Below are positions 1 to 8,732 of a DNA stretch of 64,000 nt, in pieces. The notes below the pieces were generated by a model. It was not told the DNA's origin. It saw nothing but the letters and a program-made list of their open reading frames with translations, and ran no database searches. The first letter of the stretch is position 1, and each line of letters starts with the position of its first letter. Source of the stretch: Salinispira sp. (lineage in GTDB: Bacteria > Spirochaetota > Spirochaetia > DSM-27196 > Salinispiraceae); the NCBI GenBank assembly GCA_965602015.1, contig OZ271918.1:1376001-1440000 (forward strand), written 5' to 3'. A program made the translations under genes and the position numbers.

Positions 1-628
1 CACCGGCCTTGAACTCCTGCTGCAGCCGGTATTCCCTGCCGGCCTCAAGGCCTGAGCTTTCCAGGACCCTGCTGAGAATCAGTTCGCCCCAGGTGCCCAT
101 TGTTTTGTTGCTGCCCTTGAGTGCATCGGTGAGATTTCGCGCATCGTCGCTCATTTGCCGGTTCAGCTCCATCAGCTGCTCAAGTTCCTTTTTAAGGAAG
201 CCCCGGTCCTGGGCGTCTTTTGCGCGGTAGTCCTGCATTTGCCGGGAAAAGCCCTGGATGGTGTCCTGAAGCGGTTTGAGCAGCTGGTTGATTTGACGGG
301 AGCTGTCCTGGGAAAACTGACGCTGCCGGTTTTCCATCATGCTGCCGGCAGACGCCTTGAAATCGCTGAGCAGCTGATTTCTCGCATCCTGCAGTATTTC
401 CAGTTGGCGCTGATGATGTTCCCTGTCGGCTTCAATCCGGCTTTCCAGCTTTGCCTGGCTTGCCCGGCTATCAATGAGTGACTGGCGAAGTTCACGCAGT
501 TCGCCTTCATGTGCTCCGTTTTTGCCCTGACCGACACGTTTTACTATGGCGATGCCCAATAACAGGCCGATGAGGATGCCGAAAAAAAATGCCGCCGCAA
601 TAAGGGCGTAGCCAATGCTGATTTCCAT
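1..628 (-). CDS. rmuC: DNA recombination protein RmuC (5' part; runs off the window start)
   Basis: Not in the ORF track. Manual translation from ATG 628 (SD GGAGA) is open to base 1: N-terminal TM helix, coiled coil, then LTDALKGSNKTMGTWGELILSRVLESSGLEAGREY, the RmuC signature. Confidence 0.9.
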   Translation of the reverse strand, partial: MEISIGYALIAAAFFFGILIGLLLGIAIVKRVGQGKNGAHEGELRELRQSLIDSRASQAKLESRIEADREHHQRQLEILQDARNQLLSDFKASAGSMMENRQRQFSQDSSRQINQLLKPLQDTIQGFSRQMQDYRAKDAQDRGFLKKELEQLMELNRQMSDDARNLTDALKGSNKTMGTWGELILSRVLESSGLEAGREYRLQQEFKAG

Positions 629-696
629 GTATTCTCCGTGATGCTTATGCGCGACCAACGTGATGGTTCTGCGCGGCTACACGCTTGCCGAATGTT

Positions 697-1767
697 TTAG
701 CGCCAGGCCCGGGCGTACTGAATCGGAATGGGCAACTCGGCTCCAAGTTCCCTGGCGGCATGCTGGGGCCAGTAAGGATTGCGCAGAAGTTCGCGGCCCA
801 AGGCGACCAGTTTCGCTTTTCCGGTGGTAAGTATTTCTTCTGCATGACGGGGGTCGGTAATCATTCCGACGGCGGCGCATGATATTCCGCTTTCTTTTTG
901 AATCGCTTCGCTCAACGATACCTGGTAGTGCCTGGATGACGACGAAGGTTTGCCGCTGGGGGAAATGCCTCCGCTGGAAACATGAATTACATCAACCGGC
1001 AGATTCTTAAGTCTGCGGGCCAATTCAATGCTCTGACCTAAATCCCATCCGCCGTCCATCCAGTCGTCTGCAGAGATTCGAATAAACAACGCTGCCTGAT
1101 CCGAGCAGACCGCCCTCAGCTCCCCGGCGATTTCCATAAGGAAGCGCGTTCTGCCGTCAAAATCTCCGCCGTACTCGTCGGTACGCTGATTCGAAAGGGG
1201 AGACAGGAAGGAATGGATGAGGTAGCCATGGGCGCTGTGAAGCTCGATTACCCTATAACCGGCGCCGATAGCCCGGCGGGCCGCAAGAATGAATGACTCC
1301 TGAATTTCCTGAATGTCATCGATGCTTAATTCCGCCGGGTGAGGGTAGCTCTCCGAATAGGGGATCGGACTTGGGGCCACCACCTGCCAGCCCCCGTTGT
1401 TCTTTTCCAGGGGGCCGAAGCCGTCGAAGGGTCGGGATGTGCTTGCCTTCCTGCCGGCATGGGCAAGCTGGATTCCCGCTACAGCGCCGCCTGCGGTTAT
1501 CGACTCAGCCAGGTTCTGTAAGCCGGGAATGTGAGCGTCTTTCCATATTCCCAGGTCGTTAGGGGAGATTCTGCCCCGCTCTTCTACGGCGCTCGCCTCG
1601 AGTATGATCAGCGAAGCTCCGCCGTAAGCCCGAGCGGCATAGTGCTGAAGATGCCAGGGCGCAACAAAACCGTCCTGACTTGAGTATTGGCACATGGGGG
1701 CCATAACTATGCGGTTCTTGAGTCTCACCGGACCAGCGTCATAGGGACTGAAAAGCATTGATTTCAT
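697..1767 (-). CDS. namA: NADH:flavin oxidoreductase, Old Yellow Enzyme (YqjM/NamA-like)
   Basis: NRIVMAPMCQYS, QLAHAGRKAS, ELHSAHGYLIHSFLSPLSNQRTDEYGG, GRELLRNPYW and C-terminal QYARA are typical of the YqjM subclass. Confidence 0.92.
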   Translation of the reverse strand: MKSMLFSPYDAGPVRLKNRIVMAPMCQYSSQDGFVAPWHLQHYAARAYGGASLIILEASAVEERGRISPNDLGIWKDAHIPGLQNLAESITAGGAVAGIQLAHAGRKASTSRPFDGFGPLEKNNGGWQVVAPSPIPYSESYPHPAELSIDDIQEIQESFILAARRAIGAGYRVIELHSAHGYLIHSFLSPLSNQRTDEYGGDFDGRTRFLMEIAGELRAVCSDQAALFIRISADDWMDGGWDLGQSIELARRLKNLPVDVIHVSSGGISPSGKPSSSSRHYQVSLSEAIQKESGISCAAVGMITDPRHAEEILTTGKAKLVALGRELLRNPYWPQHAARELGAELPIPIQYARAWR

Positions 1768-1889
1768 GGTAAACCTCCGCCGCGTCAGAATAGAGTGCAG
1801 GCAGGCTGGGTGCCCAACCCTGCATTAATAATTCTACTCCATCACCGGGATTATTACATGAGCCATGGGCTCATGGGAAATACCAGGGC

Positions 1890-1925
1890 AAAAAAAAACC
1901 GGTGAAGAAGAATCTTCACCGGTTT
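1890..1925 (-). terminator. Intrinsic terminator downstream of tRNA-Gly
   Basis: Stem AAACCGGTGAAGA / TCTTCACCGGTTT followed by a T-run on the minus strand. Confidence 0.85.
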
Positions 1926-1930
1926 CAAAT

Positions 1931-2002
1931 AGCGACCGATCGGAATCGAACCGACATCATCAGCTTGGAAGGCTGAGGTAATAACCATTATACGACGGTC
2001 GC
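1931..2002 (-). tRNA. tRNA-Gly(TCC), CCA not encoded
   Basis: Acceptor GCGACCG/CGGTCGC, anticodon arm TCAGC-CTTCCAA-GCTGA, T arm GTCGG-TTCGATT-CCGAT. Confidence 0.96.
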
Positions 2003-2075
2003 ATAGAGGAGCTATTTCTATCGCAGATCCGTCGGTACTGTCAATAACCTTCGGGAAAAATCCTCAGCACATCGA

Positions 2076-2104
2076 TTGTACACATAGATCATTTCGCGTA
2101 TATT
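2076..2104 (+). promoter_or_regulatory. sigma70-type promoter of bpuR (probably leaderless)
   Basis: TTGTAC-N17-TATATT ending 6 nt before ATG 2111; no SD. Confidence 0.55.
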
Positions 2105-2110
2105 CGTCTC

Positions 2111-2539
2111 ATGGCATCCCGTGGCGAAATATATTCAACCAGAACCGACTCAGAACGCAGGACGTATTTTTTCAACGTCAAGGAAAACCGACGGGGAGAT
2201 GTGTTTCTCAACATCGTCGAAAGCAGCAAGAAAGACGACGGGGAGAATTTCGAGCGGCATCAGATCATGGTGTATGAGGAAGATCTCGCCAGCTTCATGA
2301 CCGAGTTGAAAAAAGCCGCGGGCATCGCGCTCAAAGGCGATGAAATACGGAACCAGCAATCCGGTCCCAAGAAATTCCGGAAGAAGGTTCCCGCCACGGC
2401 GAAAACCGGCGCCAAGCCAAAACCGGCAGCCAAAAGCCCGCAAAAACCCGCAGTCGGCGATGGAAAAAACGCCACCAACCTCCAGCGCAAGAAAGTGAGC
2501 CTCAAACTCAAAAAAAAGCGCCAGGAAGAGTCGGATTAG
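2111..2539 (+). CDS. bpuR: PUR-domain nucleic-acid-binding protein (BpuR/DUF3276) with Lys/Ala/Pro-rich tail
   Basis: RGEIYS...[22 protein letters not shown]...[11 protein letters not shown] matches spirochaete BpuR; adjacent to rnhB/smc. Confidence 0.85.
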   Translation: MASRGEIYSTRTDSERRTYFFNVKENRRGDVFLNIVESSKKDDGENFERHQIMVYEEDLASFMTELKKAAGIALKGDEIRNQQSGPKKFRKKVPATAKTGAKPKPAAKSPQKPAVGDGKNATNLQRKKVSLKLKKKRQEESD

Positions 2540-3147
2540 GATTTCTTCCAGCGGAAAGACATTCTTTGAATTGCGGACGGTCCGTGTCGCTCTATGGCTT
2601 CGCGGTGAAGGGCTGTGGGATAGCCTTTGTGCTTCGCAAAACCGTATTCCGGCTCCTGTTGTGCGTATTCGACCATCCAGGCATCCCGTTCCACCTTTGC
2701 CAGTATCGATGCGGCGGATATCGCCGGAATTTTTCCATCACCCTTAACGACCGCCTCCTGCCGATTAATAAGCCCGGCAATACCATCGCTGTATGTAGAC
2801 AGTGAAAAATCCGGCAGGAATTTCCCGTCGACCAGAATCTCCCAGCCTCCCTCTACGTGAAGGTGCCCAGAGCATTCATACAGCTCATCGACGGCCCGTA
2901 CCATGGCGAGCAGGCTGGCGAAGTGAATATTCATGCGGTCTATCTCATCCTGCCATACCCAGCCCAGACCATATGCCGGGGATTTCTTGCGTATTTCAAT
3001 GGAAAGCTCCTGGCGGCGCCGGGGGGAAAGGCTCTTGGAATCCGCCAATCCCGAAATTCCGCCGTCTCCCTCGAGAAGAACCGCAGAAGCGACAACGGGA
3101 CCCGCAATGGGGCCCCGGCCGACTTCGTCCAATCCACAAATCAGCAT
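2536..3147 (-). CDS. rnhB: Ribonuclease HII
   Basis: [48 protein letters not shown]; start moved to ATG 3147. Confidence 0.95.
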   Translation of the reverse strand: MLICGLDEVGRGPIAGPVVASAVLLEGDGGISGLADSKSLSPRRRQELSIEIRKKSPAYGLGWVWQDEIDRMNIHFASLLAMVRAVDELYECSGHLHVEGGWEILVDGKFLPDFSLSTYSDGIAGLINRQEAVVKGDGKIPAISAASILAKVERDAWMVEYAQQEPEYGFAKHKGYPTALHREAIERHGPSAIQRMSFRWKKS

Positions 3148-3149
3148 AC

Positions 3150-3542
3150 TTAGCCGATGCTGATTGCTTTTTCCGATTCCCAGAGCCCGTGGATATTGCA
3201 ATAGCTCAAGGCGTGAATGGTACCGGATTTTTTTAATTTCACATCAACGCTTACTGCCGGCTCGCTCAGGGCCGAGCCATCATTGGCTCCCGCGGCTGAC
3301 TCCGCGTGTGCAGTAAAACGCGCTTCAGCGAGCTGGACCATGAATTTTTCCCCTTCGGGTTTGAAAAAAACCTGGATCCATGAAATGTAGTGCTCGGTGG
3401 TGTTCGGGTGGGCAATTTCCTTGCCCACGCTGGCGGTGATGGTGAACCGTTCTTCCGCTTGTACCGAATCCGGGAACTCAAGGACCGGAGCGTGTTTTTC
3501 CGCTTTCCAGTCAGCACTCTGGATTCCGTTTGCAATAGCCAT
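3150..3542 (-). CDS. Superoxide reductase, 1Fe neelaredoxin type (class II SOR)
   Basis: Iron ligands EKH, HPNTTEH and CNIHGLWE; no desulforedoxin domain. Confidence 0.92.
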   Translation of the reverse strand: MAIANGIQSADWKAEKHAPVLEFPDSVQAEERFTITASVGKEIAHPNTTEHYISWIQVFFKPEGEKFMVQLAEARFTAHAESAAGANDGSALSEPAVSVDVKLKKSGTIHALSYCNIHGLWESEKAISIG

Positions 3543-3748
3543 AAGGCCTCCTTAACCGGTCTTTTGGGTACCCTGCACCGGTTAGCAGTGGTTTTGTCTC
3601 GTCACGGGACGAGCTGGTATGCTACTATACTAACAGGTTAAGGCAGATCATGCGATCACAAGCTTGACGGCCGCCGCCATCGGGTGCTAATTTCCTGCTC
3701 CCGCGACGTATCAAATTAGAAAACATAACTAATAAGAGAGCAATATCG

Positions 3749-6556
3749 GTGTATCTTAAGCGTATCGAATTATTCGGCTTCAAATCATTTGCCGACAAAA
3801 CGGAAATTGAATTCACCCAGGGAATTTCAGCCCTGCTCGGTCCGAACGGCTGCGGCAAAAGCAATGTGGTGGATGCAATAAAATGGGTTCTCGGCGAGCA
3901 GGCCACAAAGAGCCTCAGGGCCGAAAAAATGGAAGATGTCATTTTTAACGGCACCGAGGATCGAAAGCCCCTGAACGTCGCCGAAGTTACCCTCACGCTT
4001 GAAAACAGTGAAAACCTGCTGAGCCTGGACGCCCCGGAAATCGCCGTCAAGCGACGGCTTTTCCGGAACGGAGACAGCGAGTATTACATTAATAACACGC
4101 CGGTGAAACTCAGGGATCTCCGCGAGTTATTCCTGGACACTGGTATTGGAAAAAGCGCCTACTCGATTATGGAACAGGGAAAAATAGACCAGATCCTTTC
4201 TACCAAGCCCGAGGAGCGCCGGTACATTTTCGAAGAGGCTGCCAGCATAACCAAGTACAAGGCACGGGGTCTGGAAGCCGATCGGAAACTAAAAAGAACC
4301 GATGAAAATATTCGCCAGGTCGAGAGCATTCTCTCCGAAGTAAAAAGGACGCACGACAGTCTGGAGAAGCAGGCCGCCAAAACCCGCACCTACCATCGTC
4401 TGAAAGAGCGCCGGTTTGATCTTGAACGGGACATCCACCTGCTCCGGCTCCGGGAATATCTTGAAAAGCAGGATAAAAAGAACCGGGAGCTTCAGGAGGT
4501 AACCACTCAACGGGACGATGTGAAGTCGAATATCGATGCGATCAATGAGCACCTCGAGACTAACCTCGATCAGGTCAACAGTATGGAGAGCGAGCTCAAT
4601 GATTCGAACAAGAGGCTCTATGGTCTGACCATTGAAAAATCCAATATCACTTCTCAGATCGGGATAATCAACGAACGGGTCCGGGAGCTTGAAGAAAAGA
4701 TTCAGCAAGATAAGGCCAGAGAGCAGGGGTTCGCGCGCCGCAGGGACGAGTTTGCCGCAGAGCGTGAGGAAAAACTCAAGCAGGTCGCCCAGTTGGGTAT
4801 CAGGCTTGGGGAAGTGGCGTCCAACATCGGTGAGTTCGAAGACCGCATCAAGACCAGCGAGAAACGGGTGAGCAGCAATGAAGATGAGGAAAAGCGGCTG
4901 GAACTGGCCAACCTCGACTTGGATGTTCAAATGTCAAATCTCCAGGGAGACTTGCAGGAGCTCACTGACGATATTGTTCGGGAATTGGACGAAGGGCTAA
5001 AAGCGGGAAATATCGATCTTGAAGCCCAAAACCGCTACGCGCAAAGTATTGATGAGCGGCTCGAAGCGATGAGAAAGAGCATAGAGCGGGATCGGCAGAA
5101 GCTTGCAGATCTCGCCTCTCCCGAGGAACAGGGTGGCCTGCTCCATAATCTGTACACTGATTTCCTTGACGAGCTCTCCCGGTCCAGGGACGAGCTGTCA
5201 GCGGCCATCAGCGAATACCGCGGCACGGTTCCCGAGTTCCTCCGGGATTTTCTCGCTCCCGAGGGAATTATCACCCAAAAACGGGCAATCGATCAGCAGC
5301 TTTCGGATATCCGCAAAAACATGGATTCCAATCGAAAGCGGATCGGCGATCTCGGTGAAGAGAACAAGGGGTTGAGGGTAAAAATTCAGGAATACCGGAG
5401 TACTCTGCAAGAGCTTTTGGTGAACCAGGAGCGAATCAAGGCTCAGCAGAAAGCCGTAGAGAATGAAAGCGACAATCTGGAAGTGCAGATGCAGGAACTG
5501 GAAGCCAGAATTCTTGAAAACCGGCAAAAGATCGCTGAAGACCAAGGACGGCTGAACGGATTGCAGGAACGGATAGTGGAGCTTATCGGCGAGAAGGAAG
5601 CCCTGCAAAAAACCGAAAAAGATCTTCAGAAAGAACTTCAGAATCTGGAAAAAGGCATCTCAAGCAAAAATAAGGATCTCTCTAAAAAAGAGAAGGAGCT
5701 GCAGAAGAGCATGGAGGGTCTAGGCAAGCTTCAGGCCCGTCATGAAACGCTGCAAATGGAGCTCACGGAAACCAATACGGAAATCCGTAACCTGTATACG
5801 AATTTCAGGGATCGATACTCACGGGACCTCAGCGAATTCGAGCAGTCAGCCTTTGAGATTGCAGAGGATATCAAAACTCTCCGGCAGAATTCTTCCGATG
5901 TAAAGGAAGAGCTCCGTGCTCTCGGGTCGGTAAATCTTATGGCACTGGAAGAGTACAATGAGATTAAGGAACGCTTCGATTTTCTGAGCAATCAGCTGCA
6001 GGATTTGTACACCGCCAAAAAAGACCTGGAGGAAGTGACGGCGCAAATCCGGGACGAATCCGCCCGATTGTTTCTCGAGACCTACGAACAGATAAAAAAG
6101 AATTTTCACTCCATGTTCCGCCGGCTATTCGGCGGCGGCAGGGGAGAGCTTCGACTCACCGACCCTGAAAACGTCCTGGAATCGGGCATCGAGTTCTACG
6201 CCCAGCCACCGGGAAAAAAGCTGGAAAATATAGCCCTGTTGTCCGGTGGCGAGAGGAGCCTCACGGCGGTGGCCATGCTTTTCGCGACCTATATGGTCAA
6301 GCCGTCGCCGTTTTGTCTGCTCGACGAGATCGATGCTGCCCTCGATGAGAGCAACGTCGGGCGATTTATCAATATGCTGATGGAATTCGCCAACAGCTCC
6401 CAGTTCATCGTAATAACCCACAATAAAAAAACCGTCGCCGGTGCGAGCACCCTCCTCGGGGTTACCATGGAAGAGTCGGGGGTTTCGAAAGCCGTGTCCA
6501 TCCGTCTGGGCAGTGATGAGGAGCGCGGAAGGGTAAAGATGTATCACGAGAAATAG
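3749..6556 (+). CDS. smc: Chromosome segregation SMC ATPase (short spirochaete type)
   Basis: Walker A GPNGCGKSN, Q-loop IMEQG, LSGGE signature, Walker B LLDEIDAALD, long coiled coils; 935 aa. Confidence 0.93.
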   Translation: MYLKRIELFGFKSFADKTEIEFTQGISALLGPNGCGKSNVVDAIKWVLGEQATKSLRAEKMEDVIFNGTEDRKPLNVAEVTLTLENSENLLSLDAPEIAVKRRLFRNGDSEYYINNTPVKLRDLRELFLDTGIGKSAYSIMEQGKIDQILSTKPEERRYIFEEAASITKYKARGLEADRKLKRTDENIRQVESILSEVKRTHDSLEKQAAKTRTYHRLKERRFDLERDIHLLRLREYLEKQDKKNRELQEVTTQRDDVKSNIDAINEHLETNLDQVNSMESELNDSNKRLYGLTIEKSNITSQIGIINERVRELEEKIQQDKAREQGFARRRDEFAAEREEKLKQVAQLGIRLGEVASNIGEFEDRIKTSEKRVSSNEDEEKRLELANLDLDVQMSNLQGDLQELTDDIVRELDEGLKAGNIDLEAQNRYAQSIDERLEAMRKSIERDRQKLADLASPEEQGGLLHNLYTDFLDELSRSRDELSAAISEYRGTVPEFLRDFLAPEGIITQKRAIDQQLSDIRKNMDSNRKRIGDLGEENKGLRVKIQEYRSTLQELLVNQERIKAQQKAVENESDNLEVQMQELEARILENRQKIAEDQGRLNGLQERIVELIGEKEALQKTEKDLQKELQNLEKGISSKNKDLSKKEKELQKSMEGLGKLQARHETLQMELTETNTEIRNLYTNFRDRYSRDLSEFEQSAFEIAEDIKTLRQNSSDVKEELRALGSVNLMALEEYNEIKERFDFLSNQLQDLYTAKKDLEEVTAQIRDESARLFLETYEQIKKNFHSMFRRLFGGGRGELRLTDPENVLESGIEFYAQPPGKKLENIALLSGGERSLTAVAMLFATYMVKPSPFCLLDEIDAALDESNVGRFINMLMEFANSSQFIVITHNKKTVAGASTLLGVTMEESGVSKAVSIRLGSDEERGRVKMYHEK

Positions 6557-6557
6557 C

Positions 6558-6956
6558 ATGATTGATTTGGATCTCCGAAAGCACTGGAAAACCATAGCCC
6601 TCATTACGGCGGCTGCCGCCCTGCTGGCGGTCCTTATCAGCGTAATCATCGGATTGTTCCGCAATGCGGCGACACGACAAGCGCAGGAGGGGCTTTCTCC
6701 CGGCGCTGCCACTGAATCAGCGGCTTACACGCCGGAGCTCATCGACGAACTCGAGCTGCGTCCGGAAAAGCTCATGCTTTTTCCCAACATCGAGCAGTTT
6801 TACCGAGGCTGGTATGTTCCGCGGATAGAGCCGCGCCGCCAATGGGATATGGATGATTTCCGACGGTACTGGCACAATCCCCGGGAAATCGGCGGAGAGA
6901 GCCTGAGAGATCTCAACGCCCAACTCATCGATGAAATTCTCGAAGAGTACCGTTAA
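6558..6956 (+). CDS. Hypothetical single-pass membrane protein
   Basis: Starts 1 nt after the smc stop; N-terminal hydrophobic helix. Confidence 0.75.
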   Translation: MIDLDLRKHWKTIALITAAAALLAVLISVIIGLFRNAATRQAQEGLSPGAATESAAYTPELIDELELRPEKLMLFPNIEQFYRGWYVPRIEPRRQWDMDDFRRYWHNPREIGGESLRDLNAQLIDEILEEYR

Positions 6957-6971
6957 GACAGCAGAGGATCC

Positions 6972-6998
6972 TTAAATTCCCAAACGCCCTGCCGATAA
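6972..6998 (+). promoter_or_regulatory. Putative sigma28 (FliA) promoter
   Basis: TTAAA at 6972-6976 and perfect GCCGATAA at 6991-6998, followed by SD GGGAGG and ATG 7017. Confidence 0.55.
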
Positions 6999-7016
6999 TA
7001 AAATCGGGAGGGGACA

Positions 7017-8585
7017 ATGAAAACTGTTCTCTATATTTGCATAACAGCAATCATCATTTCTCTTGCTTCCTGCGCCACAGTGCCGAACCTGCCGGCAGAC
7101 CAGACAGTAGATGATCAGGAAGTCGAGGGGCAGGGTGCTGCAGCTGAGGAGAAGGGCCTCGTACAGGCCGAACCTCTCAAAGGCTTGGAGAACGCCGCAG
7201 GAAAAGCTCGCGCACAACTCATTTCCAAAGACCATGCTCCCGCCGAGCTCAGTTGGCGGCTTACTCCGCGCCAAGCAGAACCCCCGTTCGCCAGCCTCGC
7301 ATCTCCACGGCTTCACAATCCCGGTAAAAATACCGGCAGCGTAACCGAAGGCCTGCCGGAAACAATGGAAGGCGCCCTCAGGCTGACTGGCGAGACAGGC
7401 ACCAGGCTTTCGGAAGGCGCCGGATCGGAAAGCATTGATACTGATTCTGCGGACGCAGTTGCCCACTCAGAAATCCTTCTCCCCGCATCCGATCTTTCGG
7501 CAATCAGCCTGCGTGAACCCAGCCTCCCTGACAGTGTGGCGACAGCGTACTCCGGAGCTCAGCTCGCGGAAGGAGAATCGGCCGCGCCAGACCGGGTGAC
7601 CCCGTTATCCTTGCAATCTGCGCCGGCCGCCGAACGCGTGGCTGGGTCCGAGGAGACGTCGGCTGCGCCCGACGCCGTGACCCCGATATCCGCGGCTGCA
7701 GCGGTTCGGGAAGCTGCGGTCTCAGATTTTCAGGCATCCCGGGCAGTGAGCCGAACTGCCGGGTCTACCCAGCCAGCAAGTTCCGCCCAGCCGGAACGGT
7801 CTGGAGAAGCCGGCCAAACTTCGTCTCCAGCGGTCAACGTATCACGCCGATCTCCCGAACCGCCCATGGGCGTGGAATCCTCCGCCCGGTCAGCCCGGCA
7901 GGCAAGTCCAGCCGGTAGAAGCATGGCCGATGAAGATCATGATGATGCCGAGTATCGCTCCATTGAGCTTCCCATTTTGCAGGGCAATTCAATCGAGATT
8001 CGGCTGGAAGGTAGGGGATGGGTATTCCTCGGTTCAGACATGGACCTGCAGTTTCTCTCCAAAGAACGTGAAGAGAATGGAGAACGATTCTCCTTTTACC
8101 TGGCTGCAGCACAAAACGGTTATATTCGCTTTCAGCGCCAGGACCTGGTCAGCGGTATGCTTCAGCAAAGGAATCTTGACGCAACATTTGTTTCTGCCGA
8201 TTCCCAGCCTGGCTCTTCTGAGGCCGATGAGACTCCCCCCGCCGCCAATGACGGGACCAATGGAGCGCCGGATAGCGCTGTGCTCGTTGCTTTATCCCCC
8301 GGTAAAATAGAGACGGCGGCAATGGCGGCTGTGGACGCCGGGGAACTTTCTCGGGCCGTCGACCTTTTTTCTGAGATACTGGAAAAATTCCCTGCCTACC
8401 GATATGCCGACCGGGTACTTTTTTCAATGGGAACGATAATGGAGACGCCGGGGGTTCATCAGGATATTCCATCATCCCTGGGAATGTATCGTCTCCTCGT
8501 TGATTATCATCCGTTCTCCCGGTACGAAAGCCAGGCCCGGGAGCGAATACGGTATATCCAACGGAATTTCATCAGAGTCTTTTAA
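7017..8585 (+). CDS. Lipoprotein with long low-complexity linker and C-terminal TPR (BamD/CpoB-like) domain
   Basis: Lipobox LASC; A/S/E/P-rich middle; C-terminal TPR-like helices (FSEILEKFP...ADRVLF...YRLLVDYHPFS). Confidence 0.75.
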   Translation: MKTVLYICITAIIISLASCATVPNLPADQTVDDQEVEGQGAAAEEKGLVQAEPLKGLENAAGKARAQLISKDHAPAELSWRLTPRQAEPPFASLASPRLHNPGKNTGSVTEGLPETMEGALRLTGETGTRLSEGAGSESIDTDSADAVAHSEILLPASDLSAISLREPSLPDSVATAYSGAQLAEGESAAPDRVTPLSLQSAPAAERVAGSEETSAAPDAVTPISAAAAVREAAVSDFQASRAVSRTAGSTQPASSAQPERSGEAGQTSSPAVNVSRRSPEPPMGVESSARSARQASPAGRSMADEDHDDAEYRSIELPILQGNSIEIRLEGRGWVFLGSDMDLQFLSKEREENGERFSFYLAAAQNGYIRFQRQDLVSGMLQQRNLDATFVSADSQPGSSEADETPPAANDGTNGAPDSAVLVALSPGKIETAAMAAVDAGELSRAVDLFSEILEKFPAYRYADRVLFSMGTIMETPGVHQDIPSSLGMYRLLVDYHPFSRYESQARERIRYIQRNFIRVF

Positions 8586-8620
8586 AAACAGGCCGCACAT
8601 GCGCGGCCTCAGTCTGTTTT
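8585..8620 (+). terminator. Probable terminator hairpin
   Basis: AGGCCGC-ACATGC-GCGGCCT flanked by AAAACAG/CTGTTTT. Confidence 0.5.
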
Positions 8621-8732
8621 AACACTGCCGGATTTTTCATCGCGAGATATGAACTGAAAATATGCAGCTTGACATTGCTCGGTCCAAAACAGTATAAGTA
8701 ACACTAATTTTTTACAGGGAAGGGCTATAGAC

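Noticed and set aside
1857..1875. Palindrome CATGAGCC/GGCTCATG upstream of the OYE gene as an operator or riboswitch
   Set aside because: Single 8-bp stem, no neighbouring regulator and no FMN-riboswitch motifs.
1931..2002. tRNA genes as integration sites for an island
   Set aside because: No integrase and no duplicated tRNA 3' end was seen near any of the three tRNAs.
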